Below, in pieces: positions 18,851 through 27,344 of a stretch of 64,000 nucleotides of DNA (positions within the stretch are counted from its first letter, which is position 1; each line of letters starts with the position of its first letter). Position numbers and translations under genes: made by a program. Source of the DNA: a virus. A model generated the notes under the pieces. It was not told the DNA's origin. It saw nothing but the letters and a program-made list of their open reading frames with translations, and did not search any database. The DNA lies in the IMG/VR virus record IMGVR_UViG_3300032235_000467. One strand, given 5' to 3'.

Positions 18851-19339
18851 ATGGCATTACTTAGTACAGATGAGATGTTGGGTACCTTGTTCGAGCCCAT
18901 GCTGCAACACAGGTTTATCATGTATATCGATGGTATCCCTTCATACTTGATCAAAAAAGTAGGCGGTATAGGATACGATGACGGTGAGGTAATCATAGAT
19001 CATATCAATAGCTACGTTAAATTCCGTGCAAAGCGCAGGTGGAATGACGTTACCCTTAGCCTTTATAACCCAGTAACTCCTTCAGGTGCGCAAGCAGTAA
19101 TGGAGTGGGCTCGTCTCGGATATGAGACAGTAACTGGTAGGGCTGGATACGGTGACTTCTACTGGAAGGATATCACTTTCAATGCGATAGATCCTGTAGG
19201 TAACGTAGTTAATGAGTGGGTGATTAAGAAGGCCTTTATTAAGAATGTAAGTTCTTTTGGAGACTGGGATTGGTCAGCTGATGCTTACACTACAATTGAA
19301 ATGACACTAGGAAATTCAGGGATGATCTTGAACTTCTAG
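18851..19339 (+). CDS. Tail tube protein (T4 gp19-like)
   Basis: 162 aa directly after the sheath; EP..QHRF, W.DVTL.LY.P..P, Y.KDI....DP.G.VV.EW pattern. Confidence 0.9.
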   Translation: MALLSTDEMLGTLFEPMLQHRFIMYIDGIPSYLIKKVGGIGYDDGEVIIDHINSYVKFRAKRRWNDVTLSLYNPVTPSGAQAVMEWARLGYETVTGRAGYGDFYWKDITFNAIDPVGNVVNEWVIKKAFIKNVSSFGDWDWSADAYTTIEMTLGNSGMILNF

Positions 19340-19356
19340 ATCTATAAACTATCAAG

Positions 19357-19392
19357 AAAGCCCGTATCATAGCAATATGACGGGCTTTTTTT
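19357..19392 (+). terminator. Intrinsic terminator after sheath/tube genes
   Basis: AAAGCCCGT..TCATA-GCAA-TATGA-CGGGCTTT followed by a T run. Confidence 0.85.
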
Positions 19393-19403
19393 ATCTCTAT
19401 AAT

Positions 19404-19997
19404 ATGAAAACAGCAGCCTCAAATTTTATAGAACACGTTAAATCGGAGTGCGAACATTACCACATCAAGTGTGATTTGAGGGATACCACATATGTAAAGG
19501 TATCAGATTCGATAAAAGCCTCAGGGTATTTCGATGAATCAGTTCCTACCCTAGTATGTTCTATGAAACGTAAGGATAGCATAGAGATACTGGCCCATGA
19601 GTACGGACATTTGACTCAATGGGTAGATAACATACCTTTGTGGAAGACTGTAGAATATAGTATGCCAAAGTTAGATGCCTGGCTAGGAGGAGAAGAAGTT
19701 CCAGATATAGAAGAACATATTGCAAACTGTAGGGATTTAGAATTAGATAATGAAAAACGCACAATAAACATTATAAAGAAGTTCAAATTACCTATAGATT
19801 TAGGAAACTACAGGAAGAAAGCCAACAGCTATGTCATGTTTTACAATTATATGCTTATTTCCAGGCGGTGGTGTACTCCGGAAAACAGTCCATACGGTAA
19901 TAAACGGATTATAGAGGCTATGCCAAATAGATTTAATATGAATTATACCAAGCTTCCTAAAAGATTAGAGAAGATATTTATAGAAGAGGGGTTCTAA
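19404..19997 (+). CDS. Putative zinc metallopeptidase-like protein
   Basis: HEYGH (HExxH) plus a downstream ELDNE; ATG 19404 chosen because ATG 19377 lies inside the terminator. Confidence 0.55.
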   Translation: MKTAASNFIEHVKSECEHYHIKCDLRDTTYVKVSDSIKASGYFDESVPTLVCSMKRKDSIEILAHEYGHLTQWVDNIPLWKTVEYSMPKLDAWLGGEEVPDIEEHIANCRDLELDNEKRTINIIKKFKLPIDLGNYRKKANSYVMFYNYMLISRRWCTPENSPYGNKRIIEAMPNRFNMNYTKLPKRLEKIFIEEGF

Positions 19998-20050
19998 TAT
20001 TTATATTTATATCGTATATTTGATATTTATATACACAAATTGTATTAAAA

Positions 20051-21022
20051 ATGAAGCAAACTCAAAAGCTTGACGCACTTATTAGCAGGATAATTAAAGA
20101 GGAGTTAGATAAATCTCAAAAAGGAGTATTAGATGTAACTATTCCTAGTAAATTTGCTTTTGCATTAGCGGACCCTAGAGTTAGCGATGACCCATCATAT
20201 GTATCTTTTATGAAATCGAAAGACGATGGTAAAACTTATAACCTAAAAATACAGTCAAAAACTCCTGAGTTTAAGGAGTTAAAGAGGGCCATGGGTAGAA
20301 TAGATAATAGTATTAATATTGATACCCCTGAATTGGAAAAAATATACAATGCTATAATGTCAGGTATTGAAAAAGCTGATATAGAAGGAAGTGTAGATCT
20401 TATAAAACAAGGACGTAAGTCAGGATTAGAAGAAGAAGAAAAAGAATACGTAACCCCGGATGGCACCTCAGCTAGCGCTAGTGCTGATCAAATAGCGTCT
20501 GCAACAAGAGCTAAATCAGGAACTATTGTTAAGTATAGAAAAGCCGGAGTTAAACCTATGAAAGAAAACGAAGAAGAAATGCAAGAACCAGATATGGAAC
20601 AAAAACCAAAAGCATCAGAAATTGCAGGGCAATTAGCTGAAATCATGGAGAAACTTAAATCCATGGCTGAAGGAGAAGATCCTAAAAAAGGAAAGCATGC
20701 TGCTAAAGTAATGAAATATATGGAGTCTGCTAAGGCTGCATTAGAAGCCCTTACAGCGCATGAAACAATGCTTGAAGAGAAAGACCAAGAACAACAAACA
20801 AAAGCGGCTGAGAAGCACAAGAAGAACATAGAGAAAATCTTCAAAAGTATTGTTAAGGATGAAAACATTGTTAATAGACTTAAAGACAAGCTAACCCCTA
20901 AAGACATTGCTGATTTGACAAAAAAGTTAAAAGACAAAGGAAAAGAGCTTGACGAAGAGAAACTTGCACGAATAGTGCTAAATCGTTCTTTGAAAGAAGG
21001 CTGGGAAGTAAAAAAAAAGTAA
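20051..21022 (+). CDS. Charged putative head-internal protein ending in a slippery A_AAA_AAG site
   Basis: K/E-rich with many [LIM]xE motifs (IIKEE, MKENE, MLEE, LDEE, LKEG); three ATATTTAT copies upstream. Confidence 0.6.
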   Translation: MKQTQKLDALISRIIKEELDKSQKGVLDVTIPSKFAFALADPRVSDDPSYVSFMKSKDDGKTYNLKIQSKTPEFKELKRAMGRIDNSINIDTPELEKIYNAIMSGIEKADIEGSVDLIKQGRKSGLEEEEKEYVTPDGTSASASADQIASATRAKSGTIVKYRKAGVKPMKENEEEMQEPDMEQKPKASEIAGQLAEIMEKLKSMAEGEDPKKGKHAAKVMKYMESAKAALEALTAHETMLEEKDQEQQTKAAEKHKKNIEKIFKSIVKDENIVNRLKDKLTPKDIADLTKKLKDKGKELDEEKLARIVLNRSLKEGWEVKKK

Positions 21023-21759
21023 AAACTGAACAGTTAGACGAAGGTCTTAAGGATGTTTTGGTAGGTGCTTTAATGAGTTTGTCATTTATGACACCTGCTA
21101 AAGCACAAAAAACAGCAAACGCCTTATCAGGTAATATCCCAGCGTCTAAAGTGCAGGCTTTGGTACAAGACATTAAATCTGCAGACAGCACAGCAGATTT
21201 ATCTTCTATTATAAAGTCTTATAGCTCCGATACAGAGGACATAAAAATTAATAAGAATATTGCTAAACCTTCAGGATACAAACCTCTAACTGTTCAACAA
21301 AGAAAAGATTGGAATAAATATCTACACTCTTTAGGAGATATGGCAGGAAGTCCTGAATTAGATAAAGGAGTACCTACTTTAGGGAAACAAAAATTAGAAG
21401 CTTATTTAAAAGCTAATCCAAGTAGTAGTTTAAATCAATTTAAAAATCAAGATGATTTAGTAAAAAGCATTCAATATGAAATGCAACTTATTAGAAGAGG
21501 GTCTGAATTTCCTGGTCTAACTCCATTTGAGCTAAAAGCCATGCAAACCTTACTATTAAAAAATAGAAAGGCATTTATGATGGTAAATAGATCAGAAACA
21601 GACGGAAATCCTGGTCAATTTACTACAGAGGAACATTATCCTGAATTTAATAATGAAACAGATTATTCAAAAGTTATGACTAATGTATATAGAACATTAG
21701 TTAAATTGTATAATATTACAAATATAGATGGCACAGACATAACTAAACTGTTCAAGTAA
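21019..21759 (+). CDS. -1 frame extension of 20051..21022, or a stand-alone ORF from TTG 21058/ATG 21073
   Basis: The -1 frame is open across the upstream stop: ...KKK-VKTEQLDEGLKDVLVGALMSLSFMTPAKAQ... Confidence 0.6.
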   Translation, partial: VKTEQLDEGLKDVLVGALMSLSFMTPAKAQKTANALSGNIPASKVQALVQDIKSADSTADLSSIIKSYSSDTEDIKINKNIAKPSGYKPLTVQQRKDWNKYLHSLGDMAGSPELDKGVPTLGKQKLEAYLKANPSSSLNQFKNQDDLVKSIQYEMQLIRRGSEFPGLTPFELKAMQTLLLKNRKAFMMVNRSETDGNPGQFTTEEHYPEFNNETDYSKVMTNVYRTLVKLYNITNIDGTDITKLFK

Positions 21760-21807
21760 AGATACCCATGCAAGTAAAGAGCCTGCTACCTCAGGGCGCC
21801 TCACATA

Positions 21808-21846
21808 GAAAGCCACATCTCTTAGACCAGGTGTGGTTTTTCTTTT
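21808..21846 (+). terminator. Intrinsic terminator
   Basis: GAAAGCCACATCT-loop-AGGTGTGGTTTTTC followed by Ts. Confidence 0.8.
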
Positions 21847-21891
21847 TACAAAAACCCAAATCAATATATTTATATATACAAAATATAGTTT

Positions 21892-22656
21892 ATGTCAGAT
21901 TTATTAAATGTTCCAACGCAAGCACTCGACCTACCATCTAAAGGACTACTCTACCCAGAATCCAGTCCTCTCAGTTCAGGACAGGTTGAACTCTACCTAC
22001 CCACAGCAATGCATGAAGATATCCTAACCAATAAAAACTTCATCCAGCAAGGTACGGTAATAGACAAGTTCCTACAGGCTATTATAGCCTCAAAAATTGA
22101 TTATAACGAACTCCTAGTCGGAGATAAGAACGCTATCATGATAGGAGCTAGGATCCTTGCGTATGGCAGCAAGTACACATTTAAGTACACAGACCCCACT
22201 TCAAATCAGTCAGAAGAGGTATCTATAGATCTTTCTGAGTTAAAAGAGAAAGAACTTGACTGGGATTCTATAAAGAAAGGACAGAATGAGTTTGATTATC
22301 AGCTTCCTATGTCAAAGCAACTGGTAACCTTTAAGGTCCTCACCCATAAAGATGAATCAGCTATTGAAGCTGAAATCAAGGGGTTGCAGAAGATAAACAA
22401 AAACATGTCTGCTGAGATTACTGTGCGTTTAGCACATTCTATCTTGGCTGTTAATGGAGACAGGGATAAGAAAGTAGTGAGAGAGTTCATTAAGGCAATG
22501 CCAATGAGAGACTCCCAAGATCTTAGAAAGCAGATCTCAGTCTCTACCCCAGACATTTTAATGAAGTTTGATTTCACCAGAAAGAATGGAGAGGTAGTGG
22601 AGGGCCTAAACATACCGATGACGGTTGACTTTTTTTGGCCTGAACTCGGCGTATAG
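21892..22656 (+). CDS. Tail assembly chaperone / T4 gp26-like baseplate hub assembly protein
   Basis: LPSKGLLYP, EDILT, GDKNAI...ARI..YG and a second LP.S copy; ends FFWP; sits immediately upstream of the tape measure gene. Confidence 0.75.
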   Translation: MSDLLNVPTQALDLPSKGLLYPESSPLSSGQVELYLPTAMHEDILTNKNFIQQGTVIDKFLQAIIASKIDYNELLVGDKNAIMIGARILAYGSKYTFKYTDPTSNQSEEVSIDLSELKEKELDWDSIKKGQNEFDYQLPMSKQLVTFKVLTHKDESAIEAEIKGLQKINKNMSAEITVRLAHSILAVNGDRDKKVVREFIKAMPMRDSQDLRKQISVSTPDILMKFDFTRKNGEVVEGLNIPMTVDFFWPELGV

Positions 22657-22906
22657 GAATCAACTATTTGATGAACTTCTGTGGCTATCTATGAATAGCC
22701 AAGGCGCTATAAGTTATGCAATGGCATACCACATGCCGGTAGCATATAGACTGATTAACATAAAGAAACTGTCTGACATCATTAAAAAACATAATGATGA
22801 GATGGAGAAGGCTAATAGTAAGGGAACAACCATGAGTATGGAAGATTTAGCCAAGAGAAAAGAACAGACCCCGGACTATAAGTCTCCGAGAGCCGCTAAA
22901 AAATAG
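22637..22906 (+). CDS. Frameshift extension (gpT-like) of the tail chaperone
   Basis: +1 frame is open from the T7 run (22630-22636): FF-GLNSAYRNQLFDELLWL...AYHMPVAYR; no ATG until 22691. Confidence 0.65.
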   Translation, partial: GLNSAYRNQLFDELLWLSMNSQGAISYAMAYHMPVAYRLINIKKLSDIIKKHNDEMEKANSKGTTMSMEDLAKRKEQTPDYKSPRAAKK

Positions 22907-22914
22907 CGGCTTTC
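22889..22914 (+). terminator. Hairpin over the chaperone-extension stop (weak terminator or processing site)
   Basis: AGCCGCTA-AAAAA-TAGCGGCT-TTC. Confidence 0.5.
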
Positions 22915-22937
22915 ATATTTATATATAAAGCGTATAG

Positions 22938-25175
22938 ATGGCCACACCAGATCCGTTTGAACAGTTTAGAGAAGATGCAGCAAATAATATAAGTGCTGCA
23001 AATAGGGAGTTGCTTGATACTGTTGACATAAGTAAACAGCTTGATAAAGAATTTAAAAATGTTAGTGGTAACTTAAGGAATGCATATAATAATAGTACAA
23101 ACGTAAGGGATAGTTTAAATAGTACTTTAGATTTAGTCTCTAAACTCGGTAGAGAGTATGTAGATGCAGATAAAATAACTGAGAGGATTCTTGAAAACAG
23201 GACTAAACTTCAAGGTGTAGAAGCAAATATAAAAACTCTATACGAAGCTGAGGTTCAGGCCTATATAGGAATAGGAAACACTAGAGCTCAAGCTGTGGCA
23301 CTTTTAGGGGATGAGAAACAAATGTATGATAACATACTAGCAAGAATGACAAGCAATTCTGCTGCTTTAAGAGCTAATGTCTCAGCCCAGGAAAAAGAGT
23401 ATGTTAATTTGATGAATCAAGTTGAAGGAAGAAAAGTTATAAACGATTTGCTTGATGAAGCAAAGGATAAAGTAGAGGGATTTAATCAAAAAGCACAAGA
23501 AAGTACTATAAAAGCTACCGCACTATCTAAGATATTTGGGTCCATGTCGGGAATACCATTCCTAAAAGATTTTATGGACTTTAAACAATTGTCTGTAGAG
23601 TTTCAAAAAGGATTCGGGTCTGGCATGAAGAATTTAGGAACTCAGTTAAAATCAATAATAAGTAATCCATTATTCCTAGCTGCTGCTGGAGTAGTAGCTT
23701 TAATAACAGCATTTAAAGCATTAGTAAAATTAGCATTCGACTACGATAAGCTCGTAACAGACATAGCTAACAATACAGCATTATCAAAAACATCTGCTGT
23801 AGGACTTCTAGATGCGTATAGAGATGTATCAAATGAAAATGCTAAAACAGTAGATTCACTAAATGCAGGGTTCTTATCAGTTAAAAACCAAGCAAATGCT
23901 TTTATAGAACTAGGAGAAACATTAGAAACAAATGCAATGTTCACCAATGATATGGTACAAAACCAAATCTTGTTGACAAAGCAAATGAAGATGTCCAAGG
24001 AAGAGGCTACTGGTATTCAAAAGTTGTCTTTATTAACAGGACAGTCAGCTGAAAAGATATTAAACACTGCCATGAAGCAGAACACAAGTGTAATATCTTA
24101 TAAAAAGATATTTTCAGAAATAGCAAAAGTAAATTCAGAGATAGCAACGGCATATAAAAACAATCCAGAATTAATAGCAAAAGCTGTAGTAGAAGCTAAT
24201 AAACTTGGAATGTCTTTAGAACAAACTAAAAACATATCTAAAAGCTTGTTAGATTTTGAAACTTCAATATCAGGGGAGCTTGAGTCAGAACTTCTTTTAG
24301 GTAAAAGATTTAACTTTGAAAAGGCAAGAGCATTAGCACTTGATGGAAAATCAGTAGAAGCTGCCAGTGAATTAATGGGTCAGATAGGAGGTATAAATGC
24401 TTTGACCCAAATGAACGTTATACAACGTGAAAGATTGGCTGCGTCTATAGGAATGTCTGCAGAAGAATTGACTAAGTCTGCTAGAGAACAAGCAGTATTA
24501 AATGCTTTAGGGGAGCAGAATAAAGCCGGATTGGAAGAAAGGTATGAGTATTTAAGGATGACAGGAGATTTAGCAGGTATGGAGCAGCTTAAAGCTGAGG
24601 CTGCTAGAAAAGAAGGGGGCCAAGCTTTATTGCAAGATATAGCTAGAGCTAACTTACAAGATAGATTTAATGAGTCAATGGAAAGGATTAAACAGATATT
24701 TACAGAAATAGCTGCTGGACCTATGATTAAATTATTATCTGGATTTGCGCAGTTAATGGAGCACACTACATTATTAAAAGTACTTTTCTTCAGTTTAGCT
24801 ACTGCAGCAACAGCAATAGCGGCTTCTATGGTTATAGCAAGTGGAGGTACTGTATTATTAGGCGCAGCTGCAGCAGTAGCAGCTACGGGTATAGGACTAG
24901 GATTGATGGGAGGATCTGCAGCAGGAGAGGAGGATATGGCAGTGGCAAAACCAACTCTACCAAATAGAAATAATAATTTTCCTAGTTATAATAATAACAA
25001 TCAAGGAGGTTACAATAATAACAACAATCAAAATACAGGGAACAATCAAGGAAACGGTGCAGCAGGAAATCAAAGAAGTGATGAACAAAGAAGAATTGAG
25101 ATTTACACCACATTGAATATGGACGGTAAAGACGTATCAAAAGTTATGAAGACTTCTGAATACACCTACTCTTAA
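22938..25175 (+). CDS. Tape measure protein
   Basis: 745 aa, helical and Ala/Leu/Glu/Lys-rich with hydrophobic Ala/Gly stretches; located between chaperone and baseplate genes. Confidence 0.8.
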   Translation: MATPDPFEQFREDAANNISAANRELLDTVDISKQLDKEFKNVSGNLRNAYNNSTNVRDSLNSTLDLVSKLGREYVDADKITERILENRTKLQGVEANIKTLYEAEVQAYIGIGNTRAQAVALLGDEKQMYDNILARMTSNSAALRANVSAQEKEYVNLMNQVEGRKVINDLLDEAKDKVEGFNQKAQESTIKATALSKIFGSMSGIPFLKDFMDFKQLSVEFQKGFGSGMKNLGTQLKSIISNPLFLAAAGVVALITAFKALVKLAFDYDKLVTDIANNTALSKTSAVGLLDAYRDVSNENAKTVDSLNAGFLSVKNQANAFIELGETLETNAMFTNDMVQNQILLTKQMKMSKEEATGIQKLSLLTGQSAEKILNTAMKQNTSVISYKKIFSEIAKVNSEIATAYKNNPELIAKAVVEANKLGMSLEQTKNISKSLLDFETSISGELESELLLGKRFNFEKARALALDGKSVEAASELMGQIGGINALTQMNVIQRERLAASIGMSAEELTKSAREQAVLNALGEQNKAGLEERYEYLRMTGDLAGMEQLKAEAARKEGGQALLQDIARANLQDRFNESMERIKQIFTEIAAGPMIKLLSGFAQLMEHTTLLKVLFFSLATAATAIAASMVIASGGTVLLGAAAAVAATGIGLGLMGGSAAGEEDMAVAKPTLPNRNNNFPSYNNNNQGGYNNNNNQNTGNNQGNGAAGNQRSDEQRRIEIYTTLNMDGKDVSKVMKTSEYTYS

Positions 25176-25192
25176 TATAAAACAAACACAAC

Positions 25193-27037
25193 GTGCCATC
25201 ATTACAAGACTTATCAACTAACTTAGCAAACCACCAATATTATAGTGGGGTAGGTGCGTTTAATGCAAATAAACTACCTTTTGGTAGAGATACTCCAGGT
25301 GGAGGAGATAGCGGACAACCTTTCGTAGTAAGGAGAATAGATCAGAGATGGTCTCCATCAAATATGACAGACTCTCTTACACCTTTTGGAGCTGTCACAA
25401 CTGTTACTAGAACTTTGAAAGATGTAGAGAGGGTATCTAAGTTTATGTATACTAGTATTATGGGCCCTATGTTTTTAATAAAACAGACGGGATTACAGGC
25501 TACAAATCCTGATACACAACAGCTGGGTAATAAATTAGGTAGTCTAAGGACATACAATCCTTTAGGAATTAACACACTTGCACAAGTAGCAGTAAATGCT
25601 AGTGGAGTTAAATTTACAAAACACGGATTAACCCCAACTGTTAGTAAACAAGACTCGTATGAAAAGTTTGCTTTAAAAAGAGATGAAGATTATGTAGACA
25701 GGTTGTACATATTGACGGATAAACTAAGTAATAAAGAAAGACGTAACTACATAGACAAGTATGTAGGAGGACCAGAATCTTTTTTTGGAATAGGAAGCAC
25801 TACTATCAATAGATCCTACTATACTTTAAATAATGGAGTAGCAGATGATTTTAGTGGGTTTATATCTGTACCTATATCCAATCTTTACAAGATATTTCCA
25901 ACTATGACTGGAGGGGGAATACCTACTTCTAGAGATATATATGTAGATCCTACTAAGACCGTAGAGGCAGAAGGAGAATTCGTACCTCCTAATTTAATAG
26001 CCCCAGGGGTAATAACCCCAGAAGCAAGAGGGAATACTTATATTCTTGGAAGTAATTATGACTTTAGAATATATAAAAATGCTTTAAATAAAAAAAGTTC
26101 TCCTAAAGGAAATGAATTACCGGAATCTAATTACACAACCTATAATTTAGAATCTAGAATAGGCGTAGCTAGAGTAAGAAAACCGGAACATAGAATAAAA
26201 TATGAAGCTACAGCAAGTGCAGATGGAAGGTACAACTTTGAAAAAGAATATTCAGATAGAATAAATGCTATTGGCTTGTACTATGCAGCAGGACCAGCAG
26301 CAAAATCTACAGATGTAAACGGTAAAATAGTAAATGACGGCACACCAGAAACTTCTATTAGAGATATTGTAAAGTTCCGTATAAAGATTTTGGATAACGA
26401 TAAAAGACCGGTTGCAAAAACAGGAGATAGCTTCGGAGTGTATATAGTATTCAGAGCATACATATCAAACATCAGAAGGAACATTGTATCTAAATGGGAT
26501 CCATATAAGTATGTAGGTAGGGGTGAATCCTTTTACGCTTATGATGGTTTCACAGAAACAATAACATATTCGTTTGTTATAGCTGCTTCATCTCGTGCAG
26601 AAATGAAACCACTATATCAAAAGTTAAACTATTTGATATCTTCAATGGCTCCGGACTATAGAGATAATTTGATGAGAGGAAACATTGCAGAATTAACTAT
26701 AGGAGACTTTGTGTTGTATCAACCAGGCATTATTACTAACTTCGATATGAACATAGATGAAGATTCTAACTGGGAAATAGCATTACAAGAACCAGAACAA
26801 GGACAAGAGGGAACTGATACAGATATGCATGAGCTTCCACATCTTATAAAATGTAATATGACTTTTATACCTATTTACAATTTCTTACCGAGAAAATCAG
26901 CAGAAGCTCCTTTTATAGGCATAGACGATCCTATAGAGAAAAAACCAGGTAAAATGTGGTTGGATAAGATTGGTAATAAATTAAAGGAAAATAAAAGTAA
27001 GGTAATTGTAGGAGACGCAACTAAAGTACAAAAATAA
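25193..27037 (+). CDS. Baseplate/tail-tube initiator-like protein
   Basis: FRAYI...W...YVGRGE.FY.Y.GF...LYQKLNYL...LTIGD...QPG...W...LP pattern of tube-initiator proteins. Confidence 0.65.
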   Translation: MPSLQDLSTNLANHQYYSGVGAFNANKLPFGRDTPGGGDSGQPFVVRRIDQRWSPSNMTDSLTPFGAVTTVTRTLKDVERVSKFMYTSIMGPMFLIKQTGLQATNPDTQQLGNKLGSLRTYNPLGINTLAQVAVNASGVKFTKHGLTPTVSKQDSYEKFALKRDEDYVDRLYILTDKLSNKERRNYIDKYVGGPESFFGIGSTTINRSYYTLNNGVADDFSGFISVPISNLYKIFPTMTGGGIPTSRDIYVDPTKTVEAEGEFVPPNLIAPGVITPEARGNTYILGSNYDFRIYKNALNKKSSPKGNELPESNYTTYNLESRIGVARVRKPEHRIKYEATASADGRYNFEKEYSDRINAIGLYYAAGPAAKSTDVNGKIVNDGTPETSIRDIVKFRIKILDNDKRPVAKTGDSFGVYIVFRAYISNIRRNIVSKWDPYKYVGRGESFYAYDGFTETITYSFVIAASSRAEMKPLYQKLNYLISSMAPDYRDNLMRGNIAELTIGDFVLYQPGIITNFDMNIDEDSNWEIALQEPEQGQEGTDTDMHELPHLIKCNMTFIPIYNFLPRKSAEAPFIGIDDPIEKKPGKMWLDKIGNKLKENKSKVIVGDATKVQK

Positions 27038-27339
27038 TGGCCAGATATTCAAACATAAAAGTATTAAAAGACAGTGAGAATAGCAAAAGGTACTATAGGG
27101 CTTCTAAATATCCTGATATAGCTTTTTCTGATACTGACATTTACATTGAGGCAGCTTATGGAGACAGGCTCGATATAATATCTTACGACTACTATAAGTC
27201 CACAGAATACTACTGGATATTATTAGTAGCAAACAATCTCCCAGGGGATAGTATCTTTGTGCCACCAGGCACCCAGTTGAGGATCCCAGAAAACTTAGAT
27301 CAGATATTAGCCGATTATGAAGCACTAAATAGTATATAA
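27037..27339 (+). CDS. LysM-like baseplate protein (gpX/gp53-like)
   Basis: GDRLDIISYDYY....YWIL..AN......G.QLRIP. Confidence 0.8.
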   Translation: MARYSNIKVLKDSENSKRYYRASKYPDIAFSDTDIYIEAAYGDRLDIISYDYYKSTEYYWILLVANNLPGDSIFVPPGTQLRIPENLDQILADYEALNSI

Positions 27340-27344
27340 AAGTT

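Noticed and set aside
19377-19403. ORF-track start at 19377
   Set aside because: It lies inside the terminator hairpin; ATG 19404 is more plausible.
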